DNA of 57,817 bases from Bacteroidales bacterium (GCA_007134525.1 SLKR01000083.1:1-57817), one strand, 5' to 3'. Counted from the first letter of the stretch, positions 16,869 to 26,629 are shown. The notes: generated by a model from the sequence alone, not told the origin. A program made the numbers and translations.

Positions 16869-19664
16869 TTATTCTGCCAGCTCAACTGTTACCTGGTGTG
16901 TACTGCTGCTGATGTCAAGTATGGCTTCCAGCTCTCTTTCGCCTGTCCTTCTTGTAACTACCGGAGCTCCGTCACACAAAACCCTGACCTGCTGTCCGGG
17001 AAGCGTAAAGAAGCGCATTATGGTCTGATGACTGTCGTCTGAGCGGTTCTCAAGGCTGAAGCTTATACTGTTCAGACTCCGGTCGACAAAAATATCAGCG
17101 TCCCTTACAAAGCCATCACGGTTGAGTTCGACCGTGAATCTGTTATCCTTTGTGGCGATGGCGAACCTGTTCCTTACCCCGTCTCTGGGGTTAATTAAAA
17201 ACCCGTTGCTGATCTCATGAATTTCACCCCCAAGGGCTATCCACCCAAAAACAGGATCATCCGTAAGTACCGTCTGTGCCATTCTGAATGTTGCACACAT
17301 ACCCAGATCGGCCTCACCACAATAGAACCATGCACCCCGGTCAACCTGCTTCCTTATCCACGCCCTGCCGTGTTTTGACTCCATAAAGGCCCAGCCCAGG
17401 GCTCCGTCATTATGCTCTCCCGGAGCCCAGAAACCGTAATCCGATCCGGGAGTTCCCGTATTCATAAGAGACCAGGAACTGAGGTAGGACGCATAGCCAA
17501 GCTGCAGCCAGTCATAGGGCAACTCTGAAAAATTGATTCCGTAATCAAGTATAGACCAACCACCCATCCTTGCCATATAACTGAGGCAGTGGGTGTTGGA
17601 GCTGCGCGTGAAATCACTGCCCAAAAGGAAGTATTTCGGGGTAAGCCAGCCCCTTACAGCCAACCCGGCATAATGCTGCCTGTCCATGAACTCCCTTGAG
17701 TCCTCCCTGCGCACTTCATCATAAGAATGCCACTGCTCCGTGCTTTTGTTAAACCAGAGGTTTGTACCGGGCTCTATATCATTCAGCGTACCGTATCTGG
17801 CAAGAGCATATGACGATTCAAAGGCGGTCCTGTCAAACGCATATTCAGAACGGTACGGATAGGGGTCATCATATACAAAATACAATACCTTCTTTTCCCA
17901 TTCGGCCCTAAGCCAGTCGGCATCATCCTGCCTTCCCAGGTTTTCAAGATCCCTTATAAGGTCCTCAAGAACCAGCTCGTTGTAATAGCCCCACTGATAG
18001 ATCTCATAATAGGGCAGTATTTCGTAAGGATAAAGAAAATAAGCCCTGGCCGTCTGATAGGCCCTCTCCAGGTAGCCCTCAGCATCGAGGTAATTAACCT
18101 TTTCGGGGTACATTTTGGCAACCTCATACATGTGGTAATAGAGCATGAAGATATGCGGGTAGTCGTAAGCACGCCAGACCTTCATCTTATCGAGGTTCCT
18201 TGACGACTCAATCTCGGCTCTCAGTTCAGGGTCACGGGCCACTTTCCAGTTTGGTGTACCGTATATACCGTATGGGTATGGATCATCCTCACCGGTGCGC
18301 TGCAAGCCATCCCAAACAAAGTTCTCAATATAGTACTCAACAGAGGCGATCTCATCCTCATCCGGGTAGTAAACGTTCTTTGCAGCAATGAAAGGGGCCT
18401 TGCCCAGGGCAGGATCATCTGCAGCCAGCACATAACCCCACCATCCGTCGTATCCATCTGTATCGTCCGGCCCCCTGAGCACGCTGTTTTTCCAGTCGTA
18501 AACCGAATACAGGCCGTTATACCATTTGTCTGGATCACGGTGCTGCTGTTGGTTTACAATAAAATCACTCCTTTTCTTGATAAGTGTTTCGGCCGGCTCG
18601 GTCGAGAAAAACTCAAGATGGGTCTCTCTGCCGTCATCGTGGTTTATTGTAAGCATATTCTCTCCCAGCCTGCCGAACTCAACTTCATATATATGATGTC
18701 CGGGGAGTCTCTCACCAAGGTAGTTTATAGTTGTTTGTTCAGGGAATTCAGCTGTAACTGAGTTGATACTGTTTTTTGTGTGAAGTGAAAACTGTGCCTT
18801 AAGATCAGAGGGCAGCGACATTCCGGGCACAACCCTTACATCGAACAGTCCTTCTTCGTAAAGGATCTGCCGCAATTGATCATAGCTGTCAGCCGATCTT
18901 AGCCTGAATCCGTATGTAATCCGGCTGCGGGCATCACCCCGGGCACCCAGATCAATACCTGTGTGCTCCATCCTCCATGTACCTGAAGGCACTGCATTTC
19001 CTGAAACTTCAGAATGCGCAAATACCCTGTATTCGCCCTCTTCTGAGTCAAAGTACTCCAGGTGTGTACCCTTTTTTGGCAAAACAATTATAAAAGGGGG
19101 CACACCCGATGCCCTGGCAAAGTAAACAAATGAACCATCACCTGCAATAAAGTGGTGTTTTGTAAAGCTCTGTTCGAATATTTGAGTCGGGTTTGAACCC
19201 GAAGGCGACCTCCAGGGAAGACCCAGTGCAAAATCTCCTATCCTCACAGGTGCAGTTGCTGTTGATTCCAGCTCAACATCCAGGTCGATATAGTCCTTAC
19301 CTGCAGTATATGTCTGGATCATTCTAAAGGGCAACTCTTCGGTGTTGCTTACAAGCCTAACTGATTCACTGCCGGCAGATTCTACAGTCATAATATCCTG
19401 ACCCGTTTCAATCCACCCCTCACCGGCCTTTCTGTAAGCTATGCTGACCCTGCACATCGGCCGGTCAGATACAACGCTGGCTTCAAAGGGGTCCAGCAGA
19501 TCACCAAGTGATACCAGGCCTGCAGCAGAGACCTCAGCCCGGAGCTTTTCATTCTCAAGCAAGTATGAGGAATCTGCAGATTGTTCCTGCTGCTTGCCCA
19601 GCAAACCGGGGGCGAAAAGAATAGACAGGAGAACAATTAATTGCCATTTGTAAAGACATTTCAT
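16869..19664 (-). CDS. Secreted DUF5695-like protein (putative glycoside hydrolase)
   Basis: Signal peptide and an aromatic/acid-rich C-terminal domain with WRAYDYPH, YRSEYAFD, PRDGVRNR motifs recalled from DUF5695. Confidence 0.65.
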   Translation of the reverse strand: MKCLYKWQLIVLLSILFAPGLLGKQQEQSADSSYLLENEKLRAEVSAAGLVSLGDLLDPFEASVVSDRPMCRVSIAYRKAGEGWIETGQDIMTVESAGSESVRLVSNTEELPFRMIQTYTAGKDYIDLDVELESTATAPVRIGDFALGLPWRSPSGSNPTQIFEQSFTKHHFIAGDGSFVYFARASGVPPFIIVLPKKGTHLEYFDSEEGEYRVFAHSEVSGNAVPSGTWRMEHTGIDLGARGDARSRITYGFRLRSADSYDQLRQILYEEGLFDVRVVPGMSLPSDLKAQFSLHTKNSINSVTAEFPEQTTINYLGERLPGHHIYEVEFGRLGENMLTINHDDGRETHLEFFSTEPAETLIKKRSDFIVNQQQHRDPDKWYNGLYSVYDWKNSVLRGPDDTDGYDGWWGYVLAADDPALGKAPFIAAKNVYYPDEDEIASVEYYIENFVWDGLQRTGEDDPYPYGIYGTPNWKVARDPELRAEIESSRNLDKMKVWRAYDYPHIFMLYYHMYEVAKMYPEKVNYLDAEGYLERAYQTARAYFLYPYEILPYYEIYQWGYYNELVLEDLIRDLENLGRQDDADWLRAEWEKKVLYFVYDDPYPYRSEYAFDRTAFESSYALARYGTLNDIEPGTNLWFNKSTEQWHSYDEVRREDSREFMDRQHYAGLAVRGWLTPKYFLLGSDFTRSSNTHCLSYMARMGGWSILDYGINFSELPYDWLQLGYASYLSSWSLMNTGTPGSDYGFWAPGEHNDGALGWAFMESKHGRAWIRKQVDRGAWFYCGEADLGMCATFRMAQTVLTDDPVFGWIALGGEIHEISNGFLINPRDGVRNRFAIATKDNRFTVELNRDGFVRDADIFVDRSLNSISFSLENRSDDSHQTIMRFFTLPGQQVRVLCDGAPVVTRRTGERELEAILDISSSTHQVTVELAE

Positions 19665-19818
19665 TGGGTGGAGGTTTTGGAGTTAATTATAAGCTTAGAA
19701 AAACGCAATTTATAGATAATTCAGGAGAATTCCCTGTTTTTTAACAGTTAAAACAAAAGCTGCGGCATTGCAGCCGGCAAATCATTTATTAAGCACTATT
19801 GTTTGAAAATCAGAGGTA

Positions 19819-20049
19819 TTGAGTTTGGAGCATTCTTTAAGGATCACAAAAACAGTCATCCTTCTGGCCGGGGTTAGTGCTGCCATGACGAACGTATATG
19901 ATACGGGTGAAAAGGCTAACTGGCTTACACTGACCTGGGATATAGCTGAACAGATAAAAGAGTCCCTGGGAAATCTTTTCATTACAATGATAATACTTGC
20001 AATCTCTTTCCTGATACTACACCTTCTTTCAAAAAGGACAAATAAATGA
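19819..20049 (+). pseudogene. Small membrane protein, apparently 5'-truncated or frameshifted
   Basis: Two hydrophobic segments, TTG start only, in-frame stop at 19804. The adjacent frame upstream (...IEFGAFF) could join near 19839. ATGA overlap with the next gene. Confidence 0.4.
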
Positions 20050-20415
20050 CAGCCCTTACGGAAGTTCATATAGGAATAGTTTATTTTTCAGGGCTGCTTG
20101 TTGGAGTAATTTCGGCCGTGTTGATCATTGTGTACCTGCACCCTCTAAAAACAACAGTTGGCAGAATCACCGAAAGATCCGCCCCGTTCTGGAAAAGAAG
20201 CTTCAGGAGCACCCTTATTCTTGCAGGGCTTATTGGTGGCATTGTCGGTCTCTTTCAGGGACTGCGGAGGCAGTTACGATTATCTGCTGGTGTCCGGATT
20301 CAATACAGCGATGAAGGGGTTTGAACAGGTGTCGGCTTCGTTTGAATACATGACCCTTATACTAGGGCTTTGGCTGTTTGTTTTTATGCTGCTCAGAATA
20401 AAGAATCTATATTAA
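20046..20415 (+). pseudogene. Small membrane protein split by a +1 frameshift
   Basis: ORFs 20046-20324 and 20158-20415 join into a 122-aa three-TM protein if one G at about 20238 (GGT-G-GCA) is removed. Confidence 0.6.
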
Positions 20416-20418
20416 ACA

Positions 20419-23400
20419 TTATTCTTTAACCACCTTCCTTATCTCTCTGGTACCATTATTCCCTACTGTAATAACCAGATAGACCCCGGCTGTAAGTCCC
20501 TGAGCAGAAATGGTAACCCTGTCCATATTGGTAACATCAAGCTGCTTTACCGTTTGGCCGTAAATATCTGTGATTCTTATATTATCTGCATCTGATATAT
20601 TTTCCACCACAAACGAATCACCAAAGGGATTGGGGTATATTTCAAGATCCCTGAAAAAGGTGGTATATGTATTGGTAGTGGACGAAAATACAGCTGTAAG
20701 TAAAGAGTTGCCGGCCGGCATGATATAGGTATAAACCGCTTCTGTGCTGACTACATTTTCATCTTTGTCCTTCCAGCTTACAAAATGGTATCCTTCCCTG
20801 GCTTCTGCACTCACCTCTGCCTGTTGGTCCATATTGTAAATACCTTCTCCTTTAAGCTCACCGGCATCCTCAGGCTCCGCAACAAGGGTAAGATGATAAT
20901 CGGCAAGTTTAAAATTGGCAGTAAGTTCCAGGTCAGAATCCGGCATCTGAAAACTGTATTCTTCCCTGTCAGAGAACCCGATACCATGATCATCAGTCCA
21001 GTTTACAAATTCATGGCCACTTTCTGGTATTGCAACTATGGTAACATAACTCCCTCTCTCATATTCACCATACCCCCCTGCTGTGCCGGCTGCTTCCGGA
21101 AATACCGACAGGTTTAGCGAGAAAACTCCTAACTCTTCAACAACCACATCAATTGTTGCTGTATGTTCACCGGGGTTGGAAATATTCTCCGGAAGGTCAA
21201 ATGTGCCCACAAATGTGTAAATATCCGGAGTGTTACCGTCATATGCAGGGGTGCCTCCATCCCAGTTAACTTCCAGTTCGGCCTCTGAGTTGTCATCCAG
21301 GGTAACATTCACCATGCCTGGTAATCCGATATCCCCGTAAGTGGTGCCGTATTCAATAATAATAGGTTCAAGGGCTTTAACCTCAGCAATCTCTCTGCTC
21401 TCTTTACGCACGAGAGGAAAAACGGCCAGGTCAATGTCCAGGCCCCGGCTGGAAAGGATATCATACCATGTGCCGTCATGTTTCTGTTCAAACGCAAGTT
21501 TAAGGCCGGCCCCGTCTTTGTCGGAAGATGAAACAAGGCCTATTTTTGATGGATATATTTCCGACAGGTCAAAGCCTGCCGCAAAATCCGACGATATCTT
21601 TACTGGCTGCTCAAACTCAACATACATCATGTCATTGTATGCCTGAACCTCATCTGTGGTCACGACCCCGGCAAGGTCAATTGCTTCTTTTGCCAGCACA
21701 CTTGAGGGTTTCTCATCTGCAACATCCCATAACTTAAAGTTTACTGCTCCTGTTTCTCCTTCTGCAGAACCATACCAGAAGTATACACCGTAAACTTCGT
21801 AATCACCAGAAACCTGAAAAACCTGGGCTTTTGCACGGTCACCGTTTTCGTTGGTGCCGCTTACATATCCTTCACCATCAGTGTAAAGAGTTGTATTACC
21901 TGCATTTAACCAGTTACCCGGCATCAGGACCTCATTGACACCGGCATCAGGAGCAATGGAAACATTAATGTCTATGTCCGAGCCGGCAATGGTGAAACTA
22001 CCGGACTTAACCAAATATTCTTCTTTCTCAACGGTATAAGCAAAAACACCACCGGCAGATTCAAAGACTGCATAGCCGTTTTCATCCGTAAACAGCACAA
22101 CAGGGTCATCCCCGGCAGCAGCAATATCTATACGGGCATCCGGTACCGGGTTGCGAAACAGATCCTTTACCATGAAATTGCTCCTTGAGTGTTCGCCTGT
22201 GTACTTCACCAGTATTTCAAAGTCATCCAGAAGCCACCAGTAATCATATTCTCCCGTCCATTCAAACCTTAGCTGCACTCCGGACTCGCCACGGGCAAAA
22301 TCAGAAACGTCGAACTGCGAAAGAACCGGGTTCTGACCGTTATACTCATGTGAATCACCAGACCATTCATAAAGTTCTGTTTCCGTAGTAAAACCGTCTG
22401 TACTGATATATACGACCGCAGAAGCATTACCTCTGCTTCTGGCAAAATGTTCCACAGTAAAGACTATATCGGATTCTATGTCAGAAAAATTAAAAGCCGG
22501 ACTGATGAGTTCGGCTTTTTCTGTTGTTCCATCTACACCGTGTCTTCCGGAGTCGATGATCATATAACCGTCGTCAGAGGTTGTGGAACTCAACCGGCCT
22601 CCCCACGATCCTCCCCGGTGGGTCCACTCCCAGCCCGGGAAGCCCTCAGGCCCCTGCAAAACATTATTTTCCCAGCCCCCGGGTATACTTCCGTTACCAA
22701 AGGTTTCATAGTGAAAGGTAAAATAGTCACCGGGATATATTCCCTTACGGTATGCAGATATTGCATGTTTGATCTCTTTAAGGGTACGGGCATTATCTCC
22801 GTCTTCATGATGCCCGGTAGGGACTCCCTGATAATAGACAAAGGGGTTCGAAAAAATTGGGACTTCAGTGTGTGTGATGCCATCATCATAATACTGGCCG
22901 CTTGTATAGGTCATTACAGAGCAGTAGTTTTTGCCATCCTCCCCTGTCCACCTCCAGCCTGCTGACCATTTGTTTTCAGGCCAGTTCCACCATGAGGTCG
23001 GGCCGGGCTGAAAGTTTTGCTCTTTATGATGGTGCAGGCCCATATTGTGGCCCATTTCATGTATATGGGTATACGTCCAGCTTGCCTGTTGCACCCTGGT
23101 AAGAGAAAACCCATACTGGGGCATGCCCCGCTTGTCGTTTATTGTCCATGCCAGCCCGCCTGTATCATCTACTGCGGCAAATATTGCGGTAAGATCCGCC
23201 CCATATGTGTCGCGCCATTCGTGAACTTCATTCATATAGTCTTCAGCATCGCTCCCGAAAGGGTTAAACGAAGGGGAAGCCGTCAGCCTCATAAGATCAT
23301 CTCCGGAGTCACCACTCTCCTCATAATCCACAAGGTCAGAGTGAACCAGTACCATGGTTATGCCTACCTGACTGTTGTCAAGTACAAGCTGAGCATTTGC

Positions 23401-24087
23401 CATGGAGAGAGCCAGTACATTCTCAATGCCTCCGTTGTTGTTTTCGGCCCACTCCCTTGCCTTTGGAGTATAAACAATCATTACATCTATCCTTGCAGGG
23501 TCTTCAGGACCAAGTCCGCTCTTTTCAAGGTAATTCTGGATCCTTTGCGCTTCTTCTGAATCACCTTTTTCGGGCTCGGGAGGTATAAGTGGTGGTGCCC
23601 CTTCAAGCCAGTCGCGGTCGCGCGCATCCATTTCAATCAGAAAATGCCGGTCAGTATCCGGTTCACTGATGATCTTGTAAAACATATTTTCTCCCGGTAT
23701 GTAAATACTTCCAAGGCTCCGGCCCCTGGTTGTACTGATTATCATATAACTACCGGGCTGATCAGTTTCGGCAGTGACCGACAATGTCCCGTTTATATTT
23801 TCATTCACCCTTCTTACAACAGCAGGGAACTCTGCATCCTCAAAAAGGTTCAGAACGATCTTATCACCCTTACGGAAGGCATCAGGGCTCTTAACGGCCT
23901 GATTCAGCTCAATCTCAGCAAACCTGATAACCGCTGAGCGCTGTTCAAAAAAACGAAGTACATCTTCAGCATTATCCTTGCTGACTGATCTTTGCGAAAT
24001 CAGCTTATTGCTGTCCGGAGCATCGGGGCCGGCTGAAACAGTAAAGGAGATAAAAAAGTATAACAGAAGGGGAAGTATATTTTTCAT
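20419..24087 (-). CDS. T9SS-secreted M12/reprolysin-like zinc metallopeptidase with accessory beta-sandwich, Ig-like and InlB B-repeat-like domains
   Basis: Signal peptide, HEMGHNMGLHH zinc motif, Met-turn SVMTY, C-terminal IYPNPF...GVYLV...KVVKE sorting domain. Confidence 0.88.
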   Translation of the reverse strand: MKNILPLLLYFFISFTVSAGPDAPDSNKLISQRSVSKDNAEDVLRFFEQRSAVIRFAEIELNQAVKSPDAFRKGDKIVLNLFEDAEFPAVVRRVNENINGTLSVTAETDQPGSYMIISTTRGRSLGSIYIPGENMFYKIISEPDTDRHFLIEMDARDRDWLEGAPPLIPPEPEKGDSEEAQRIQNYLEKSGLGPEDPARIDVMIVYTPKAREWAENNNGGIENVLALSMANAQLVLDNSQVGITMVLVHSDLVDYEESGDSGDDLMRLTASPSFNPFGSDAEDYMNEVHEWRDTYGADLTAIFAAVDDTGGLAWTINDKRGMPQYGFSLTRVQQASWTYTHIHEMGHNMGLHHHKEQNFQPGPTSWWNWPENKWSAGWRWTGEDGKNYCSVMTYTSGQYYDDGITHTEVPIFSNPFVYYQGVPTGHHEDGDNARTLKEIKHAISAYRKGIYPGDYFTFHYETFGNGSIPGGWENNVLQGPEGFPGWEWTHRGGSWGGRLSSTTSDDGYMIIDSGRHGVDGTTEKAELISPAFNFSDIESDIVFTVEHFARSRGNASAVVYISTDGFTTETELYEWSGDSHEYNGQNPVLSQFDVSDFARGESGVQLRFEWTGEYDYWWLLDDFEILVKYTGEHSRSNFMVKDLFRNPVPDARIDIAAAGDDPVVLFTDENGYAVFESAGGVFAYTVEKEEYLVKSGSFTIAGSDIDINVSIAPDAGVNEVLMPGNWLNAGNTTLYTDGEGYVSGTNENGDRAKAQVFQVSGDYEVYGVYFWYGSAEGETGAVNFKLWDVADEKPSSVLAKEAIDLAGVVTTDEVQAYNDMMYVEFEQPVKISSDFAAGFDLSEIYPSKIGLVSSSDKDGAGLKLAFEQKHDGTWYDILSSRGLDIDLAVFPLVRKESREIAEVKALEPIIIEYGTTYGDIGLPGMVNVTLDDNSEAELEVNWDGGTPAYDGNTPDIYTFVGTFDLPENISNPGEHTATIDVVVEELGVFSLNLSVFPEAAGTAGGYGEYERGSYVTIVAIPESGHEFVNWTDDHGIGFSDREEYSFQMPDSDLELTANFKLADYHLTLVAEPEDAGELKGEGIYNMDQQAEVSAEAREGYHFVSWKDKDENVVSTEAVYTYIMPAGNSLLTAVFSSTTNTYTTFFRDLEIYPNPFGDSFVVENISDADNIRITDIYGQTVKQLDVTNMDRVTISAQGLTAGVYLVITVGNNGTREIRKVVKE

Positions 24088-24227
24088 TTAAAGGCGTAAT
24101 TAGTTTACGGGCATAAATTTACGAAAATTATTCCTGCCGGATTACTGAATTTCCCAGAGCATAAACATTAAAGGCATAACAGTGGTAAGGCAGTAATTTT
24201 TTATCTTGCATAAAATTCCAAGGAAAC

Positions 24228-25157
24228 ATGCCAATACTGCTGTTAAGCCCGGGAAGAAAACTGGACCGATGGACGGAGGCACTTCGAAAGACTGACCCGG
24301 CAGTACCGGTGTTTTTACCGGAAGATAAGGTCCCGGAAAGAGATATAAGCTTTATCCTTGCCTGGGATCACCCCAGGGGCTGCTTTGTCAGATATCCTGG
24401 CCTGAGGTGTATTTCCTCATTCGGAGCTGGTGTTGACCACCTGGTAAGCGACAGGGAAATCCCTGAAAATGTAAGGCTTGTGCGCATAATTGACCCGGCT
24501 CTGTCGAATGACATGCTGGAATTCACGCTGGCAGTGATAATGAAGCACCTAAGGAAACTTAATATTTACAACAGCTACAAAACGGAAGTAAAATGGAAAA
24601 AACACGGATACCGTAGAATTCGTGAGACGGGTGTAGGTATTATGGGTACGGGCGTTATCGGACACCATGTCGCCGATGGGCTGAGCCGGATTGGATTTGA
24701 TGTAAGCGGCTGGAGCAGGACTATGGGAGGTAAAGCAAGCTACCGGAAGTTTCATGGAGTAGAACAGCTCAATGAGTTTCTCTCCCGCTGTGAAATCCTG
24801 GTCTGCCTTCTGCCCCTGACAGATGAGACCAGGGGTATTATAGATTACCATTTACTGAAATCTCTGCCCGGGGATGCATATCTTGTGAACCTCGGGCGAG
24901 GTGCCCATATTGTTGAAGCAGACCTTTTTAGGGCACTGGATAAAGGACTTATCTCCGGTGCCCACCTTGATGTTTTCGAGAGTGAACCCCTGTTTGAAGC
25001 ACACCCTTTCTGGAAAAACAGCAAGATAGACATAACACCCCATGTGGCATCCCTAACCGATCCCCTTTCTGTAGCACCTCAGATTATGGAAAATTACCAC
25101 CTGGTAATGCAGGGCAGGGAACCGAAAAACCAGGTTTCACGCAGCAGGGGATATTAG
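24228..25157 (+). CDS. ghrA: Glyoxylate/hydroxypyruvate reductase A (D-2-hydroxyacid dehydrogenase)
   Basis: SFGAGVDH, GIMGTGVIG, GWSRT, LLPLTDETRGI, NLGRG, LDVFESEPL, TPHVAS, VSRSRGY. Confidence 0.85.
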   Translation: MPILLLSPGRKLDRWTEALRKTDPAVPVFLPEDKVPERDISFILAWDHPRGCFVRYPGLRCISSFGAGVDHLVSDREIPENVRLVRIIDPALSNDMLEFTLAVIMKHLRKLNIYNSYKTEVKWKKHGYRRIRETGVGIMGTGVIGHHVADGLSRIGFDVSGWSRTMGGKASYRKFHGVEQLNEFLSRCEILVCLLPLTDETRGIIDYHLLKSLPGDAYLVNLGRGAHIVEADLFRALDKGLISGAHLDVFESEPLFEAHPFWKNSKIDITPHVASLTDPLSVAPQIMENYHLVMQGREPKNQVSRSRGY

Positions 25158-25178
25158 TAACAAAAAACTTTGAGAAAG

Positions 25179-26087
25179 ATGACTGATCTAAGAGGAATTT
25201 TCCCACCACTGCCAACTTCATTCAAAAAGGACGAAAGTATTTCTGAAGATGGTATAAGGGCCAATATCAGGACCCTCTGCAACTACCCTCTTGCAGGCTT
25301 CCTCATACTTGGCTCCAATGGCGAACTGGTAATGTTAAGTGAGAAGGAGAAGCAAAAGGTCTACAACACGGCAAGAGAGGCAATACCGGATAACAGGCTA
25401 ATGATAGCCGGTTGTGGTGCAGAATCCACAAAAGAGACAATCGCACTGGCAAAGCAGGCTGCCAGCGCAGGTGCAGACGCCTGCCTTGTTCTAAACCCCT
25501 CCTATTATAAGGGGCAGATGGACACAATGGCGCTCAGGGCTCATTTTCACTCGGTAGCGGATGCCTCACCGGTTCCGGTATTGATATACAATATGCCGGC
25601 AAATACGGGTATCGACATGAGTGCAGACCAGATACTGGAGATCGCTGACCACCCCAATATCACGGGGTTGAAAGATTCAGGGGGGAACCTGGTAAAAATG
25701 GCTGCTGTAATTAACAGTGCCGGTGAGGGTTTCCAGGTCCTGGCGGGATCAGCGGGTTTTTTACTGCCGGCACTTAGCATCGGGGCATGCGGAGGGATAC
25801 TGGCGCTTGCCAATATTGCCCCTTCAATGTGCTGTGAAATATTTGAGAATTTTAACAGCGGCAAAATTGCAGACGCAAGAGAAACACAGCTCAGGATAAT
25901 CGGGGCAAACACCGCAGTAACCCGAAAGTGGGGCGTAGCTGCTCTAAAGGCGGCAATGGATCATCTGGGACTCTTTGGAGGAATTGTCAAAAAACCATTG
26001 CAGGAGCTTGATGATACTAAAAAAGCCTCTCTTTTACAGATTCTTGACAAGGCGGGAATAAGGCCTGTAACCCAAAAGCAAGGCTGA
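25179..26087 (+). CDS. DHDPS-family aldolase, 4-hydroxy-2-oxoglutarate aldolase (HOGA1)-like
   Basis: GSNGE (rather than DapA GTTGE), YYKGQM, YNMPANTGID, HPNITGLKDSGG, FQVLAGSAGFL. Confidence 0.8.
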   Translation: MTDLRGIFPPLPTSFKKDESISEDGIRANIRTLCNYPLAGFLILGSNGELVMLSEKEKQKVYNTAREAIPDNRLMIAGCGAESTKETIALAKQAASAGADACLVLNPSYYKGQMDTMALRAHFHSVADASPVPVLIYNMPANTGIDMSADQILEIADHPNITGLKDSGGNLVKMAAVINSAGEGFQVLAGSAGFLLPALSIGACGGILALANIAPSMCCEIFENFNSGKIADARETQLRIIGANTAVTRKWGVAALKAAMDHLGLFGGIVKKPLQELDDTKKASLLQILDKAGIRPVTQKQG

Positions 26088-26154
26088 GGCACATTGTCCG
26101 CAATCCCGTCAGCACGTTTCTCTGCATCCAGTTTGAGACCTGCCTGGTCCAGGT

Positions 26155-26619
26155 TTATAATTGACCATTTATTTCAGTTATCAGCATTCCTGCTACCTTC
26201 CTGTCTACCGGAAAGGTGAACATATCCGTGGTAAGGTTGACGGTATTGATCCACCTCAGGCTCATTGCTCCCTCCCTCTCCCGGTCAAAGTCGAACTTCC
26301 TGGAAGATACCTCAAGCCTTTCGGGATCGGAGAGCTTTATCCTGTAGTAGATGCTTATCAGCTGCCTATCCTTTACAAAACGTGCAGGCTGAAAATAATC
26401 AGTGGTATAAAAGTGCGACAGTACATCAACAGGCTGTCCGAGCTCTTCCATACACTCCCTTTTCAGGCAGTCGATGCTTCCCTCCCCGTATTCCATTCCT
26501 CCTCCCGGCAACTTGGTCATGAGCGTGTCAAACCAGTTTTCGTCGCAAACAAGCAGATTACCGTCATGTATTGCAATACCATATACACGGATTATAAATG
26601 GCTGTGCTATTAAAGTCAT
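26155..26619 (-). CDS. NUDIX hydrolase
   Basis: Nudix box PGGGMEYGEGSIDCLKRECMEELG. Confidence 0.9.
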   Translation of the reverse strand: MTLIAQPFIIRVYGIAIHDGNLLVCDENWFDTLMTKLPGGGMEYGEGSIDCLKRECMEELGQPVDVLSHFYTTDYFQPARFVKDRQLISIYYRIKLSDPERLEVSSRKFDFDREREGAMSLRWINTVNLTTDMFTFPVDRKVAGMLITEINGQL

Positions 26620-26629
26620 AATGGGTATA

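Noticed and set aside
11509-24227. Intact integrative element or prophage at tRNA-Val
   Set aside because: No integrase, mobilisation or phage gene was found, and no repeated tRNA 3' end (attR) was found by eye.
25179-26087. Calling the aldolase dapA
   Set aside because: It has GSNGE rather than GTTGE, no lysine-pathway neighbours, and motifs that fit HOGA-like enzymes better.
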